Part shown: positions 11,201 through 26,955 of the stretch, one piece after another
Layout of the letters: every line of letters starts with the position of its first letter
Numbering within the stretch: position 1 is the first letter of the stretch
Source: Zygnema circumcarinatum SAG 698-1b
Lineage: Eukaryota; Plantae; Zygnematophyceae
NCBI GenBank assembly: GCA_037447605.1
Contig: CM074815.1
Span: 2,666,001 to 2,730,000, forward strand
Length of the DNA stretch: 64,000 bases
Reading direction: 5' to 3'
The notes under the pieces: generated by a model
What the model was told of the DNA's origin: nothing
The model's input: the letters and a program-made list of their open reading frames with translations, nothing else
The model's database searches: none
Program-made: the position numbers and the translations under genes

Positions 11201-12789
11201 GTAGCGGAGGAGGCGAAGTTTGGAGGGGTCGGAGGGAGGGAGGGCGTGGAGGCGGTGGAGGAGGAGGGCCCACCCGAGGAAGCAATGGACCTGAGAGAGA
11301 GGGAGAGAGAGAGAGAGAGAGTGAGGAGGGGAGAGAAAGAGGAGAGGGAGAGAGGGGAGAGAGAGAGGGGAGGGAGAGAGGGGAGAGAGAGAGGAGAGGG
11401 AGAGAGGGGTGAGAGAGAGGAGAGGGAGAGAGGGGTGAGAGAGAGAAGTGGGAGAGAGGGGAGAGAGAGAGGAGAGGGAGAGGGGAGAGAGAGAGGAGAG
11501 GGAGAGAGGGGAGAAGGAGAGGAGAGGGAGAGAGGGGAGAGAGAGAGGAGAGGGGAGAGAGGGGAGAGAGAAGTGGGAGAGAGGGGAGAGAGAGAGGAGT
11601 GGGAGAGAGGGGAGAGAGGAGGAGAAGGACGAATTCAAGCTGACGGCATATATTTGGAAGCCTTAGCGGGAATACCCAGAACTCACCACTGTCGTTCTGT
11701 CTGCTGACGTCAGCACATTGAGTGGCGTCTCCATCAACCCTGCCAGCTCAGCCCTAACTCTTGCCACGTCAGCCGGGGTTCCCTGGCCTTCCCCAGCGTC
11801 CTCCGTTCCTCCGCCGACCCCAACGGAAACCGTTCCCGGCAACACACTCGGTCGGCATAGAAAGTTGAACGCCGTTCGTTGTACCGTTCCCTGTCCGTTC
11901 CGGCTCGCCGGGTCCAACATCAGCGAATAGAGAGCTGCCACGTGTCCCTTTCCAAGTCCCCACAAGTCCAACGCCCTCGTGCCAGCTGCCACCGCCCTGT
12001 CAGACGCTCCCCTCGCCACGTCAGCAACAACTTCCAAAAACGGGCCGTTCGATCGCCGCCACGTGGCGACCGCTGCAGCCGCCACGTGTCCCTTCGCTGC
12101 CGTCGCAGCCAATCCGCTTGCCAGGAACATCCGGATGACGTCAGCATATGCTTTTTGAGATAGAGCCCTCCACATGATCGCGTCTGCATCATCAGTGACG
12201 TCACTCCGTACATCCGTGACATCACTTCCTGCGTCCTCGACATCACCTCCTCCCTCTCCCCTTTTGAAGGGAAGAGGAAGATTGCAAAGAAGAGAGAACA
12301 AGTACACCGCCTTTCTAGCAAGTATGAAATTCCCGTCCGAACTCAGAACCAGTACTCCGCCTTTGTCAATCCTTCTCCCAACCTCAGGCCCTCCCTCCTC
12401 CCCCTCTCCCTCCCTCTCCTCTCTCGCACCCGCCTCTCCCTCTCCCTCTCCCTCTCCCTCTCCCTCCTCTCCCACTCTCCCCTTCTCCCCATTCCGTGAG
12501 AACTCGCTCACAGCCTCCACCACCTCCTCCACAGTGTGAACGCTGATTTCGAGCCACTTTCTCAATTTTCCCAATGTGAACGCCCAGTCCTCCGTCTTCA
12601 TATGCTGCCAGCTGTACGCCACGCCAGCATTCACAAGCGAAGCCAAGGCGTCCTCCCTCCTTGCTTCCCACATCGCCACGTCATCAGTTGCCACGTCAGC
12701 CGTTGACACGTCAGCATTGCCAGCAGGCGCTTGCACCCGAGCAGGGCTCTCAGACGCGGCGGCCACCTATACTGACGTGGCAGCCTCTA
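8253..12789 (-). CDS. LTN1: E3 ubiquitin ligase listerin (LTN1), 3' part only
   Basis: Last exon 8711-8253 encodes an RWD-like segment (LKMPNSYPLR) and RING [46 protein letters not shown]. Upstream exons are 9654-9181 (duplicate 11290-10817) and gap..12789-11687 (partial duplicate 10696-10051). Phases are consistent. The 5' part is lost at the 100-N gap. Confidence 0.92.
8737..9178 (+). repeat. Degenerate TTTAGGG tract filling the last LTN1 intron
   Basis: Nearly the whole intron between 9181 and 8711 is (TTTAGGG)-like. Confidence 0.9.
10707..12332. other. Tandem duplicate of ~9071-10696 across a 10-N gap; probable unmerged contig overlap
   Basis: Apparently identical sequence at offset 1636, including microsatellite lengths, with the junction exactly at the N run 10697-10706. 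Confidence 0.85.
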
Positions 12790-13207
12790 NNNNNNNNNNN
12801 NNNNNNNNNNNNNNNNNNNNNNNNNNNNNNNNNNNNNNNNNNNNNNNNNNNNNNNNNNNNNNNNNNNNNNNNNNNNNNNNNNNNNNNNNACATGTGGTGG
12901 GGAGGGGGAAGAGAAGAGAAGGAGGAGAGAAGAGGAAGAGAGGAAGAGAGGGAAGAGGGAAGGGAGAGAGAGGGAGGAGAAGAAAGAAGGAGAAAACTGA
13001 GGGGAAGGGGAAGCGGAGAGAGAGGTGGGAGTGGATGGAGAGAGAGAGAGAGAGAGAGAGAGGTAGGGGAGAGGGTAAGTTGGTAGAGGGGCGGGGAGGG
13101 TGAAAGGTGGAAAAGGAAAGGGAGAGAGGAGCCCTGCACCCTCCATCGCCCAACCCCTCCCTCCCTCCCTCCCTCCCTCCCTCCCTCCCTGCCCTGCTTG
13201 TCGGCAG

Positions 13208-13910
13208 GTGTGCGAGTGCGGCATGAGCGACGAGGTCGGGCCCATGTTCGTGGACACTGCCAGTTCGGCGGTGAGTCCCGCCACGCGCAAGGCCGTGGAC
13301 GACGAGGTGGTGCGCCTGCTCAAGGAGGCGTATGAGAGAGTGCGCCACCTGCTAAGGAAGGTGAGGGAGGGAGGGAGAGAGGGAGGGAGAGAGATAGGGC
13401 ACTGGGTGGGGAGAGAGAACGAAAGGGGGGGAGGTTAGGGGGGAAGCTGGGGGAGGGAGAGAGGGAGAAAGAGGGAAAGGGGAGAGGGAAAGCTGGCGGA
13501 GGGAGAGAGGGAGAAAGAGGGAAAGGGGAGAGGGAAAGCTGGGGGAGGGAGAGAGAAAGGTGGAGGGATGAGGGAAAGCTTGGGGGGGAAAGAGAGAGGA
13601 GAGAGAGGGAAAGAGCAGGGAAAGGAAGAGGGGAGCTAGATCAGGACCTTTATTTTTTTTTTTCGTTTACCCTGAAGTCCTATGAGGGTGGCTTCCATGG
13701 CAATGCTGACGTGGCGATGCTGACCTGTCGACGCTGACGTGGCAGCACGAGGCCGAACTCCATTGCCTGGCGAAGGCGCTGTTGGAGAAGGAGACGCTTT
13801 CCGCCAAAGACATCGAAGCTGAGCTGGCAACTCTCGCAGAGAGCGGGAGTGGGAGTCTCCCATTGGGCCTTGGAGGGATGCGATTCACTCTGGGGGGAAG
13901 CGGACGGTGA
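13208..13910 (+). CDS. FtsH (peptidase M41) C-terminal exons, FtsH11-like
   Basis: Exon 13208-13360 VCECGMSDEVGPMFVDTASSAVSPATRKAVDDEVVRLLKEAYERVRHLLRK and exon 13746-13910 HEAELHCLAKALLEKETLSAKDIEAEL...*. GT-AG borders, phase 0. Matches the M41 tail pattern CGMS..GP...EV..LL.EAYER....L..HE..LH.LA.ALLE.ETL. Confidence 0.85.
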
Positions 13911-14026
13911 CTAAATGGGGTATAAGAAATTTATGTCTCGTAAAAGGAGACGAGAGTGAAATTCGTAAATGCCAAAAAACTAGCCCTTGCTTGTTGCCTT
14001 TTTACGGACACGATTTGATCCGGCAG

Positions 14027-14892
14027 GGTGGTTTTTTCAGAGCTTTCGGAGCTATTACCAGTATTACGGGAACTTATGTTCTATGGATGTGAAAAGTTTG
14101 GAGGTGAGCGTTTGACTGACTGACTAACCGGCTTAACCAACTTGTCAGTCGCAGTTCTTAGTCGGCCATTCTTTGGGTCGCTAGTTGGGTTCTTAGGCTC
14201 GAGATATACCCTGTGTATAGTCAGTCAGCAATGGGGCATTGTGACATTCTATGTGATATTATTCTCAGTTCTGCGTCTGCAAAGAACGGCTGTTCCGTTG
14301 TGGAATTTGGGAGGGAGAGGATTCTGTGCATGTGAGAAAAATTCTCTTTTGGCGAGAGATCATGCGTACATGCCCACATTCATTTTTACAAGACACTATG
14401 TCATGCATAAAGAATGAGGGAGGGAGGGAGGGAGGGAGCGGGAGCGGGAGAAGGAGAGGGAGAGGGAAAGAGAGCGGGAGAGGGAGCGGGATCGGGAGAG
14501 GGAGAAGGAGAAGGAGAGGGAGAGGGAGAGGGAGCGGGGGGGCGTGGGGGTTTATGGTGTAAATACATGATTGTTGTCGGCACATGAATGAACGCATGCA
14601 TGCATGCTGTGGAACCAATATCATGATTCAAGCAATATGCAAAAGATGATGAGGGACGTCACTCTTAATAGGATATTATGTTAAGATCATGCAACGGTTT
14701 GGTTATGTTCTGGTCTACATCGCTTCCTACAAGTACAGATGTATGTGGACACTTCCTGCATGTATATATGTCATCATATATATCATCCAGGAGATGGGGT
14801 CCAAGCTGTGTACGTCCTCAGAAAGACCCTCAGGACTCGATCTCAATGGAACTGAGTTTTCCTCTAAAGACTGCTGCATTCGGAAGGGTTGA
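14027..14892 (+). other. Putative small spliced exons (14027-14103, 14269-14331, ~14672/14686-14740, ~14790 onward); frame and product unresolved
   Basis: Several AG...GT-bounded, non-repetitive blocks just downstream of the FtsH stop. More than one frame splices open and none is recognisable. Confidence 0.3.
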
Positions 14893-15109
14893 CCTAATCC
14901 CCTAAACCCTAAATCTGGTGAAGTTGACCTAAAAACTTGAACCCTAAACCCCTTTAAGTTGACCAACTAGCTCTGAACCCTAAACCCATTTAACCCAAAG
15001 TACCAAACGAGCCAATTACCCACAAATCTTTGTCCAGTTCATATGCGACAAACAAGATCATGTTCCATGATGAGCATGATCAACTACACCAACCCTAATT
15101 TATACAATT

Positions 15110-16570
15110 TTACAAACTTCCCCATAGAACAGTAGCTTCCCAGTTGCATAGAAGCTCCCCCTTAGCACATTTTTCCACATACTGAACAGCCGTTGCATGG
15201 AACCCCGTAATTCCGCGATACTTTGCGACTCGCGGGTCCATAGTTGAAAGCGCTTTCAAAAAGTTTGCGGCCAATTCTGGACGGTTTTGGAGAAAGCTCA
15301 AAGGCTTCACATATGTACGGATGGTGAACACAACAGCTCGCGTCCTGCATGGAACGCGGTTCAAAAAGAAGGAGAAAGCGGGAGAGGGAGAGGGAAAGGT
15401 TAGTGATAGGGACGGTCAGGAAGGGGAGTGGGAGGGGGAGGGGGAGGGGGAGGGGGTGGGAGAGGGAGGGGCGGCGGGAGGGAATTGGTGGGGGGGGGAG
15501 AGGGAGGATGGGTGGGAGAGGTTGGGGACGGGAAGGGGAGGGAGGGAGAGAGAGAGGGGGAGAGAAGGAGGAGGGGAGGGAGGGAGAGAGGGGGAGGGGG
15601 AGGGACGGAGGAATGAGGGGAGGGAGAGAGAGGGAGTGGGAAGGAGGAAGGGGGAGAGGAGGGGAAGGGGAGAGGGAGAGAGGAGGGAAGATCAGTATCC
15701 TTTATGGTCAGATACCTCCGGCCATAAGCAGATCATCTCAATTTTACAACAGCACCCTAAAGAAGAAAGGATGTGGGCCCCGGGGGGGTTTTTTTTGTTT
15801 TTTTAAGCTGACCACTCACTTGGGCAGCCGCACAAACGTCTGTCGCTCCACTCGGTAAAATATTTTCGTCCCCGCTTCCTCGACTGTGATTGGCTCATCG
15901 AATTTCGGTCTCTCCAAAGTCAAATCTTTTCCGACATCCTCGTCCTGAGAAGTACACCCCTTTTGAACGCCTTTTAGCGGAAATTTTTCATTAAAAATAA
16001 TTTGACCTAATTCTCATCAGATTTATCAATCGGTTGAATAAACACATATCTCATAATGCTTATTATAAAAATTCAAATGTCCTTCCTTACACACGTGATT
16101 TGTTTTCTTTTGACCTAATTTTTTTTTTTTCCTTACCTCATTTGTGGCTTGATACAACGCGGGGTTGTTCGTAACGGACCATCCCACTCTCCATGCGGGC
16201 TGTTCCGTTTTCAAATTTTTGAAAAAACTGTCCACGGGAGAGGCCACCGTTTTCTGGTACAACGGAACGGGCCTGCATGGAAAGGGGGGGAGGATTTAGA
16301 GTCTAGGGTTTAAGGATCGGTGATGGAGGGCTTAGGAATTAGGGTTTTGGGAGTCGGAAATGGAGGAGAAGTTAAATGGAGAGAAGAGGGAAGGGGGGGG
16401 CGGGGGGGGGGGAAGAGAAAGAGGCAGAGGGGAGCACAGAGAGAGAGAGAGAGGCAGAGGGGGCAGAGAGAGAGAGAGGGAAGAGAGGGGGAGAGAGAGA
16501 GAGAGGCAGAGGGGTGGGAGAGAGAGAAAGAGGCAGAGGGGGGAAGAGAGAGAGAGAGGCAGAGGGAGGA

Positions 16571-16602
<32 letters not shown>

Positions 16603-18575
16603 TTTGAGGAGAGGAAGCTCGAGAGAGTGTCGGTGATAAAGCAGAAGGGGCGGGTAAGGCAGAGAAGGAGAGAGAGGTTGATGAATTATTCGTCTACTTT
16701 GGTTTGTTCCGAGAGATACCGCAAATTCCTCAAAATTCTAAACCCCGAACCCAAAACTCTAAAACCCTTCACCCTAGAACCCTAAAGCCTAAAACCCTAA
16801 AACCTTTAACCCTAAAACCCTTAACCCTAAACCCTACACCCGAAAACCCTAAAACCCTTCGCCCCAAACCCTTAACAGTAAAACCCTTCACCCTAAACCC
16901 TAAACCTAACCCTAAACCCTAAACCCTAAACCCTAAAAACTGACCCGTGAATCGCGCGCAGCGAGAGGCCGAGCTTCTCCTTCATCCACCATCGCCACGG
17001 AAACAGTACGGCGCCGGAAATCATGCGATAAGTACCCTTTTCGTCTTCGAGCAATAGGCAAATGTCCTCCTGACCCCCCAAAAATAGGCCCTTGTTTTAA
17101 TAAATCTTAAAAAAATAATAACAATTTTGATAATCTAAATAATTTTAAGTTTGAGTTGAAGTTCAAGATAGTTTTTTGAAAAAATAAAAAAAGAAAGAAA
17201 AACCGGCATTTTGTAACTTCAGGTGAGGGAAGGTGAATTTTTTTTTTTCAGAGGTGTCCGGAAAAAAAGGAATTGGTGTGGGTGACGTGGAACTGACTTG
17301 GACCAATCGGGAGACGGCGTCGAGCGTGTCCAAATCTCGGTCAGTGAGGTCAAAAGTTTCGCCTGTGCTCCGATTGCACAGGACCGGGCCCTGCCAATAG
17401 AATCGCTCCGGGTGGCGGGCAGTCAAAAAAAAAGAAATTTCCCGAAGGAGCTCCCAGTTGGCGGCCTCTGTTTTTTCGACACGTGGCAGGTCGATTTCTC
17501 CCAAAACCACCTGCAAAAAATTCGAAAACCGTCACATTCTTTCAAAAAAAAAAAAAAACAAAAAACAAAAGAGAAATTTTAAACCCCACAGGCCCTTCCG
17601 ATGTGCTGCCAGAAACCGGTCCTTCACAGAAACAAACTTCGGGTTTTTTTTTTTTTTTTTTTTTGCTAATTTTTAGGGACGGAGGCTATTGGGGTACAAA
17701 CCGATCTTCATTTCCCCCCCCCCCTCCCCTTACCGGTTTTCGAGTTTCCAGAATTTTCCTGCGCATCGCCATCTCCTCGTCGTAGAAGCCGTCGATTTCG
17801 AGCCAGTCGTCGATCGGACGGAGGAGGCGGAGCCCCGTGATCATGCGGTACGGCATTTGGTCCTTTTGGGGCCAATACTCAATTTCGTCTGCAAAAAGAA
17901 AAAAAGAAGGACAAATTCAGACTAAGGTCAAGTCAAGTCAAGTCAAGTCAAGTCAAGTCAAGGCAGGTCATTGCAATTGAAGTTTGACTCAGACCAAGCA
18001 AGCATTCAAGCCAAGTGAAGTGAGGGTGCACCCAAACCCAGACCCAACCCAATCAAGTCAAAGCAAGTCAAGTCAAGTCAATGCTAGTCAACCTAAGTCA
18101 AGAAAAGTCAACTCAAAGCGAGGGAAGGTGAGTCGAGTGAAGTCAAACTAAATCAGGCAAAGTCAAGTGAAAACGAGTCAAGTCAAGTCAAGTCGAGTCG
18201 AGTCAAGTCAACAGCACTCATACCGGGTTCATCGCTGAGGGCCGAGGGAGCCGGCGAATACGGAGTGTACATGTTCTCTGTCGAAAAATCCGTTGCCGTT
18301 GAAGTCGCGCCGGAAATTGAGCCAAGCGCGGGTTTGGGGTGCAAATGGGAAGAAGCCGTTATGGGCATTTTCATCTCCGACGTCGAAGTTTTCGCATTTT
18401 CGTCATGGAACGCGCCCGTCGCGCCGTTGAACGGAAAGTCGGTCGCTGTGAAACCGAACGGACATTGTCCGGCTCTAACGCTCAACGGAGCAGCTCTTCT
18501 GCCCTGCACCATAGATCGTGGGCGATGTGTGGGAGGGTTGGGGCAGTAGGGGGATTCATAGGGGGAGCATATCAT
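15110..18575 (-). CDS. DUF3445 / heme-dependent oxidative N-demethylase alpha-subunit-like protein with transit-peptide-like N-terminus
   Basis: Exons ~18575-18224, 17888-17734, 17510-17298, 17069-16945, 16272-16137, 15944-15820, 15344-15110 splice in frame: MITGLRLLRPIDDWLEIDGFYDEEMAMR, AANWELL...RHPERF, LVQ-EDICLL, GAVLFPWRWWMKEKLGLSLRAIHGPVP, FFKNLK..QPAWRVGWSV, RVERQTFVRLP, VFTIRTYVKPL. The start codon is uncertain. Confidence 0.88.
17925..18212 (+). repeat. (AGTCA)n pentanucleotide tract in DUF3445 intron 1
   Basis: Direct reading. Confidence 0.85.
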
Positions 18576-19384
18576 GTGAACACAAAAGTCAAAAGTGTCA
18601 GAGAGAGAGGAGGGAGAGAGAGCGAGAGGAGAGGAGAGATATAAAGAGAGGGAGAAAGGGAGAAAGAGAGAGAGAGAAAGAGAGAGTGAGAGGGAGAGAG
18701 AGAGAGAAAGAGCGAAACAGAGGGAGAAAGGGGAAAAGAGAGAGAGAGAAAGAGAGAGAGGGAGAGAGGGAGAGAGAGAAAGAGAGACATGGAGAAAGGG
18801 AGAACGAGAGGGAGAGAGAGAGAGAAAAAGAGAGAGGGAGAGAGCGGGAGAGAGAGAGAACGAGAGAGGGAGAAAGGGAGAGAGAGAGGGAGAGAGCGGG
18901 AGAGAGAGAGAGAGAGAACGAGAGAGAGGGAGAAAGGGAGAGAGCGGGAGAGAGAGAGAGAGAACGAGAGAGAGGGAGAAAGGGAGAGAAAGAGGGAGAG
19001 AGAGAGAAAGAGAGTGTAAAAGTTTCCTTGTCTGTCCTTAACAAATTAACATCCACACGCCGTTGAGGAATTTTTAACAGAGAGAAAACAAAAAAGGACA
19101 GAAAACAACCAATTTATGAGTTGAACGGCGAACTGTCACATGGAGCGGGGGAGCTCCTCCACGTACCGAGTGGGCTCCTCGTGACCGAAAGGACGGCACT
19201 GGCACTTGGCCGAGCCGTCCAGCGAATGAGGACATGCCACGTGGCAGTTTCTCTGAGTTCCCACAGTCACAGTTTCCGTTTTTCGCACAAGAAAACGCCG
19301 TAACGGCTCGATCGATCCGGAGCATCTGCAAACATTTATTCCATTCTAAACTAATTACAATGGTTTCTAAAACTATCAATCAAT

Positions 19385-19402
19385 CAATCTCTCGCTCTCT
19401 GC

Positions 19403-19459
<57 letters not shown>

Positions 19460-21350
19460 TCTCTGTCTCCCTCGTCCTCTCTCTCGCTCTCTCCCCCTGA
19501 CTCTCTCTCTGTCTCTCTCTCCATGGATCTCTCCCTCTCTCTCTCCCCAACTTTCACTCTCTCCCTGTCACTCTCTCCGTGTTCCCTCTCTCCGCATTTC
19601 TCCCCATCTCTCTCCCGCAGCCAGTCCCTCTCTCTCCCTCTGTTTCTGCCTCTTTCTCCCTGATCTCAATCCCTGCCTCTCTCTATCCCTCACCATATCT
19701 CTCTTTGTTTCTTTCGTCCTCTCTCTCTCCCTGACTCCCTCTCTCTGTCTCTCTCCCCCTGTGAATCTGTGTCTCTTTGTCCCTCCCTCTCTCTCCGTGT
19801 CTCCCTCACTCTGTCTCGCAACCCCCCTCTTTCCCTCCCTGTGTCTCTCTTGATCTGCCCGTCACTCTCCCTTTTTCTCTCCCTCTGTCTCTCTCTCCAA
19901 CTCTCTTCTCCCCCCTCTCCCTCTCTGTCTCTCCCTCTATCTCTCCTACAGGCTCACACCACGCAATGCCCTTCGCACGTCCTGCTCGAATGAAATGTGT
20001 CATCAAATGCACAAATTTTAGATAAAAAAAATGTGATAAAAATCCGTGATGCTCGGATTCGAATTTACTTATTTCATACCTTTTTTGGATCACATGCATG
20101 CAAATTCGATCCTCTAAAATTCCCTTCATGTTCTGAACCCCCGCCATGGCCCCCTGTGGAGACTCACTCGGCCCTCACCTGCATCGCCGTTGCCTCACTG
20201 CTTCAATATCCCCCACTTTTCTCTCCTTCCTTTATCTGTCGCTCCCTCTCCCTCTCCCTCTCTCTCCCTCTTCCCCTCCCTCTCTCCCCCTCTCCCTCTC
20301 CCTCTCTCCCTCTTCCCCTCCCTCTCTCCCTCTCCCTCTCCCTCTCCCACTCTCCCTCTTCCCCTCCCTCTCTCTCTCTCCTCTCTCTCCCTCTCTCCCT
20401 CTTCCCTCCTCTCTCTCTCTCCTCTCTCCTCTTCCCTCCCTCTCCCTCTCTCCCTCTCCCGCTCTCCCTATTCCCCTCCCTCTCTCCCTTCCCCTCCCTC
20501 TCCCTCTCCCGCTCTCCCTATTCCCCTCCCTCTCTCCCTCTCCCTCTCCCTCTCCCCCTCTTCCCCTCCCTCTCTCCCACTCCCTCTTCCACTCTCTCTC
20601 CCACTCCCTCTCTCCCTCTCCCTCTCCTTCTCCCCCCTCCCTCCCCTCACCCTCTCCCTCTCCCTCTCCTTCTCCCTCTCCTTCTCCCTCTCTCCCTCTC
20701 CCCTCCTCTCCCTCTCTCTCTCCCTCTCTCCCTCTTCCCTCCCTCTCCCTCTCCCTCTCTCCCTCTTCCCCTCCCTCTCCCTCTCCCGCTCTCCCTATTC
20801 CCCTCCCTCTCTCCCTCTCCCTCTCCCTCTCCCCCTCTTCCCCTCCCTCTCTCCCACTCCCTCTTCCACTCTCTCTCCCACTCCCTCTCTCCCTCTCCCT
20901 CAACCTCTCCCCCTCCCTCCCCTCACCCTCTCCCTCTCTCTCTTTCTCTTCCCTCTCCCTCTCCCTCTCCCTCTCCCTCTCCCTCCCTCTCCCTCTCCCT
21001 CTCCCTCTCCCTCTTCCCCTCCTCCCTCTCCCTCTCTCCCTCTCCCTCTCCCTCTCCCTCTCCCTCTCCCTCTCTCTCCCTCTCTCTCCCTCTCCCTCTC
21101 CTCTCTCCCTCTCCCTCTCCCTCTCCCTCTCCCTCTCCCTCTTCCTCTCCCTCTCCCTCTCCCTCTCCCTCTCCCTCTCCCTCTCCCTCTCTCCCTCTTC
21201 CCTCCCTCTCTCCCTCTCCCTCTCCCTCTCTCCCCCTCCCCTCCTCTCCCTCACCTCTTCCCTCTTTTCCTCCCTCTCCCTCTCCCTTTCCCTCTCCTCA
21301 CTCCCACTCCCTTTGCCTCTCCTCACTCCCTCTCCCTCTCCCTCTCCGTA
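19385..21350 (+). repeat. Long CT-rich low-complexity/microsatellite block
   Basis: (CT)n and (CTCTCC)n; source of several spurious S/L/P ORFs. Confidence 0.9.
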
Positions 21351-22728
21351 CTTCCATAACCTCCCTCCCCTGCCCGCCACATCCGTACCGACCGACCCTC
21401 CGTACGCTCAACCTCACGACCTGACCGCCATTTCGGTCACTAATAAAAAAACAGAAAATAATTTCCTCTCGATGTAAAACGTTTTTCTTCCTGCCTTGAA
21501 CAGTGTCCCAGCCAATCGCAATGCCGAAAGCGACAAACGGTCAGGAAAAAACAATCCTGCCAGGACTTTGCCAAAACTATTCTGTCGTTTTACGCATTTT
21601 TCGCATCAAAGAAATTTGTCGGCACACGGTGAGAGAGCCATTTGATTGGTTCGTACAGAATTGGTCTTGCCACGTGATCACGTTCACCAATGGGTAACTG
21701 CCACGTACAAAGTCGGTGCGTGCTATGCGACAAAACTTTGTACGGCAAACTTTGTTAGCCTTACCGCACTGAAGTAAATTCGAATTTCGACTTTGAAGGT
21801 GCTGGACCGGATTCGAAAATTTTGTGTCATCCAACGAAAATCATTTTTGACCTGCCCGTGGTCGCCACGTGTGCACTGTCCGCGAATGACTGCGCTCCGT
21901 CTCAAATGCAAAAGGATTTAAGGTCAGTAACAGCTTCCCGGAAATTATACCATACGAACAACTGCATGCGCTAAAAACCCTAAAAGTTCCCAAACCCTAA
22001 ACCTTACAACTCTAAAACCCTAATACCGTAACCCTAAAAAATAGCCGATAAATCGATATAGCCAATAGGTGAAATGTGTGGATGGTCGAGCTTTGATGGC
22101 TTCTACCAAGTCCTAGAGAGAAAAGTTGGAATTTGTATTGGTCTCGCGATGGCGAGGCATGTAAGGAACATGCACGACAACAACAACATAGGGAACCACG
22201 AGGAACCAACCGCTCAGAAATGACCTAGGCACGTTTGAACTGCCATGAGAGCCGCCATCCGCTACTAGGCCCAACAACAACATGGCTCTTAGAGGCGGCC
22301 GCGAAGGTCACCGATGTGCGCCACGTGGCACGCGAAAGGCCATCGGACGGTCACCTTCGGCGTCCAAAAGGGCATCGAGGCTCTCTCATTGGCCCATCGA
22401 CTTCCCTTAAAAATAACTAACAGATGGTCCGTCGCATTTGAATCTTGGAAAGCATAGCTCTTGATAAGGGCTTATATAGAAAGGTTTTAGGAAGGAGGAG
22501 AGGCTGTGCCAAAATTGGAGTAAAAACCCTCCCAGTGGCCCAATAGTTTAGCACTTCAAATACTCTTTCGCGAGTCCACTTGACTCTGCTTATTCCACTA
22601 GTTTAACCTGAGATCATTCATCTGAAGTTGACGAAATCAACCATTTGTTCAGCGGATGTCTAGTTGTCCTCAACCTATACAGCTCCACCTTCATACATTG
22701 TAATAAGCAAAAATGAAACATGTCCATG

Positions 22729-26955
<4,227 letters not shown>

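Noticed and set aside
9071-12332. Tandem exon duplication in LTN1
   Set aside because: The copies look identical, including microsatellite lengths, and join exactly at a 10-N gap. This is a typical unmerged contig overlap; read depth would settle it.
19997-21477. Long ORFs (382-475 aa) rich in S/L/P or E/R/G, also at 24653-25986, 52584-53688 and 55270-56883
   Set aside because: Stop-free translations of GA/CT microsatellites, open in several frames, mostly inside introns.
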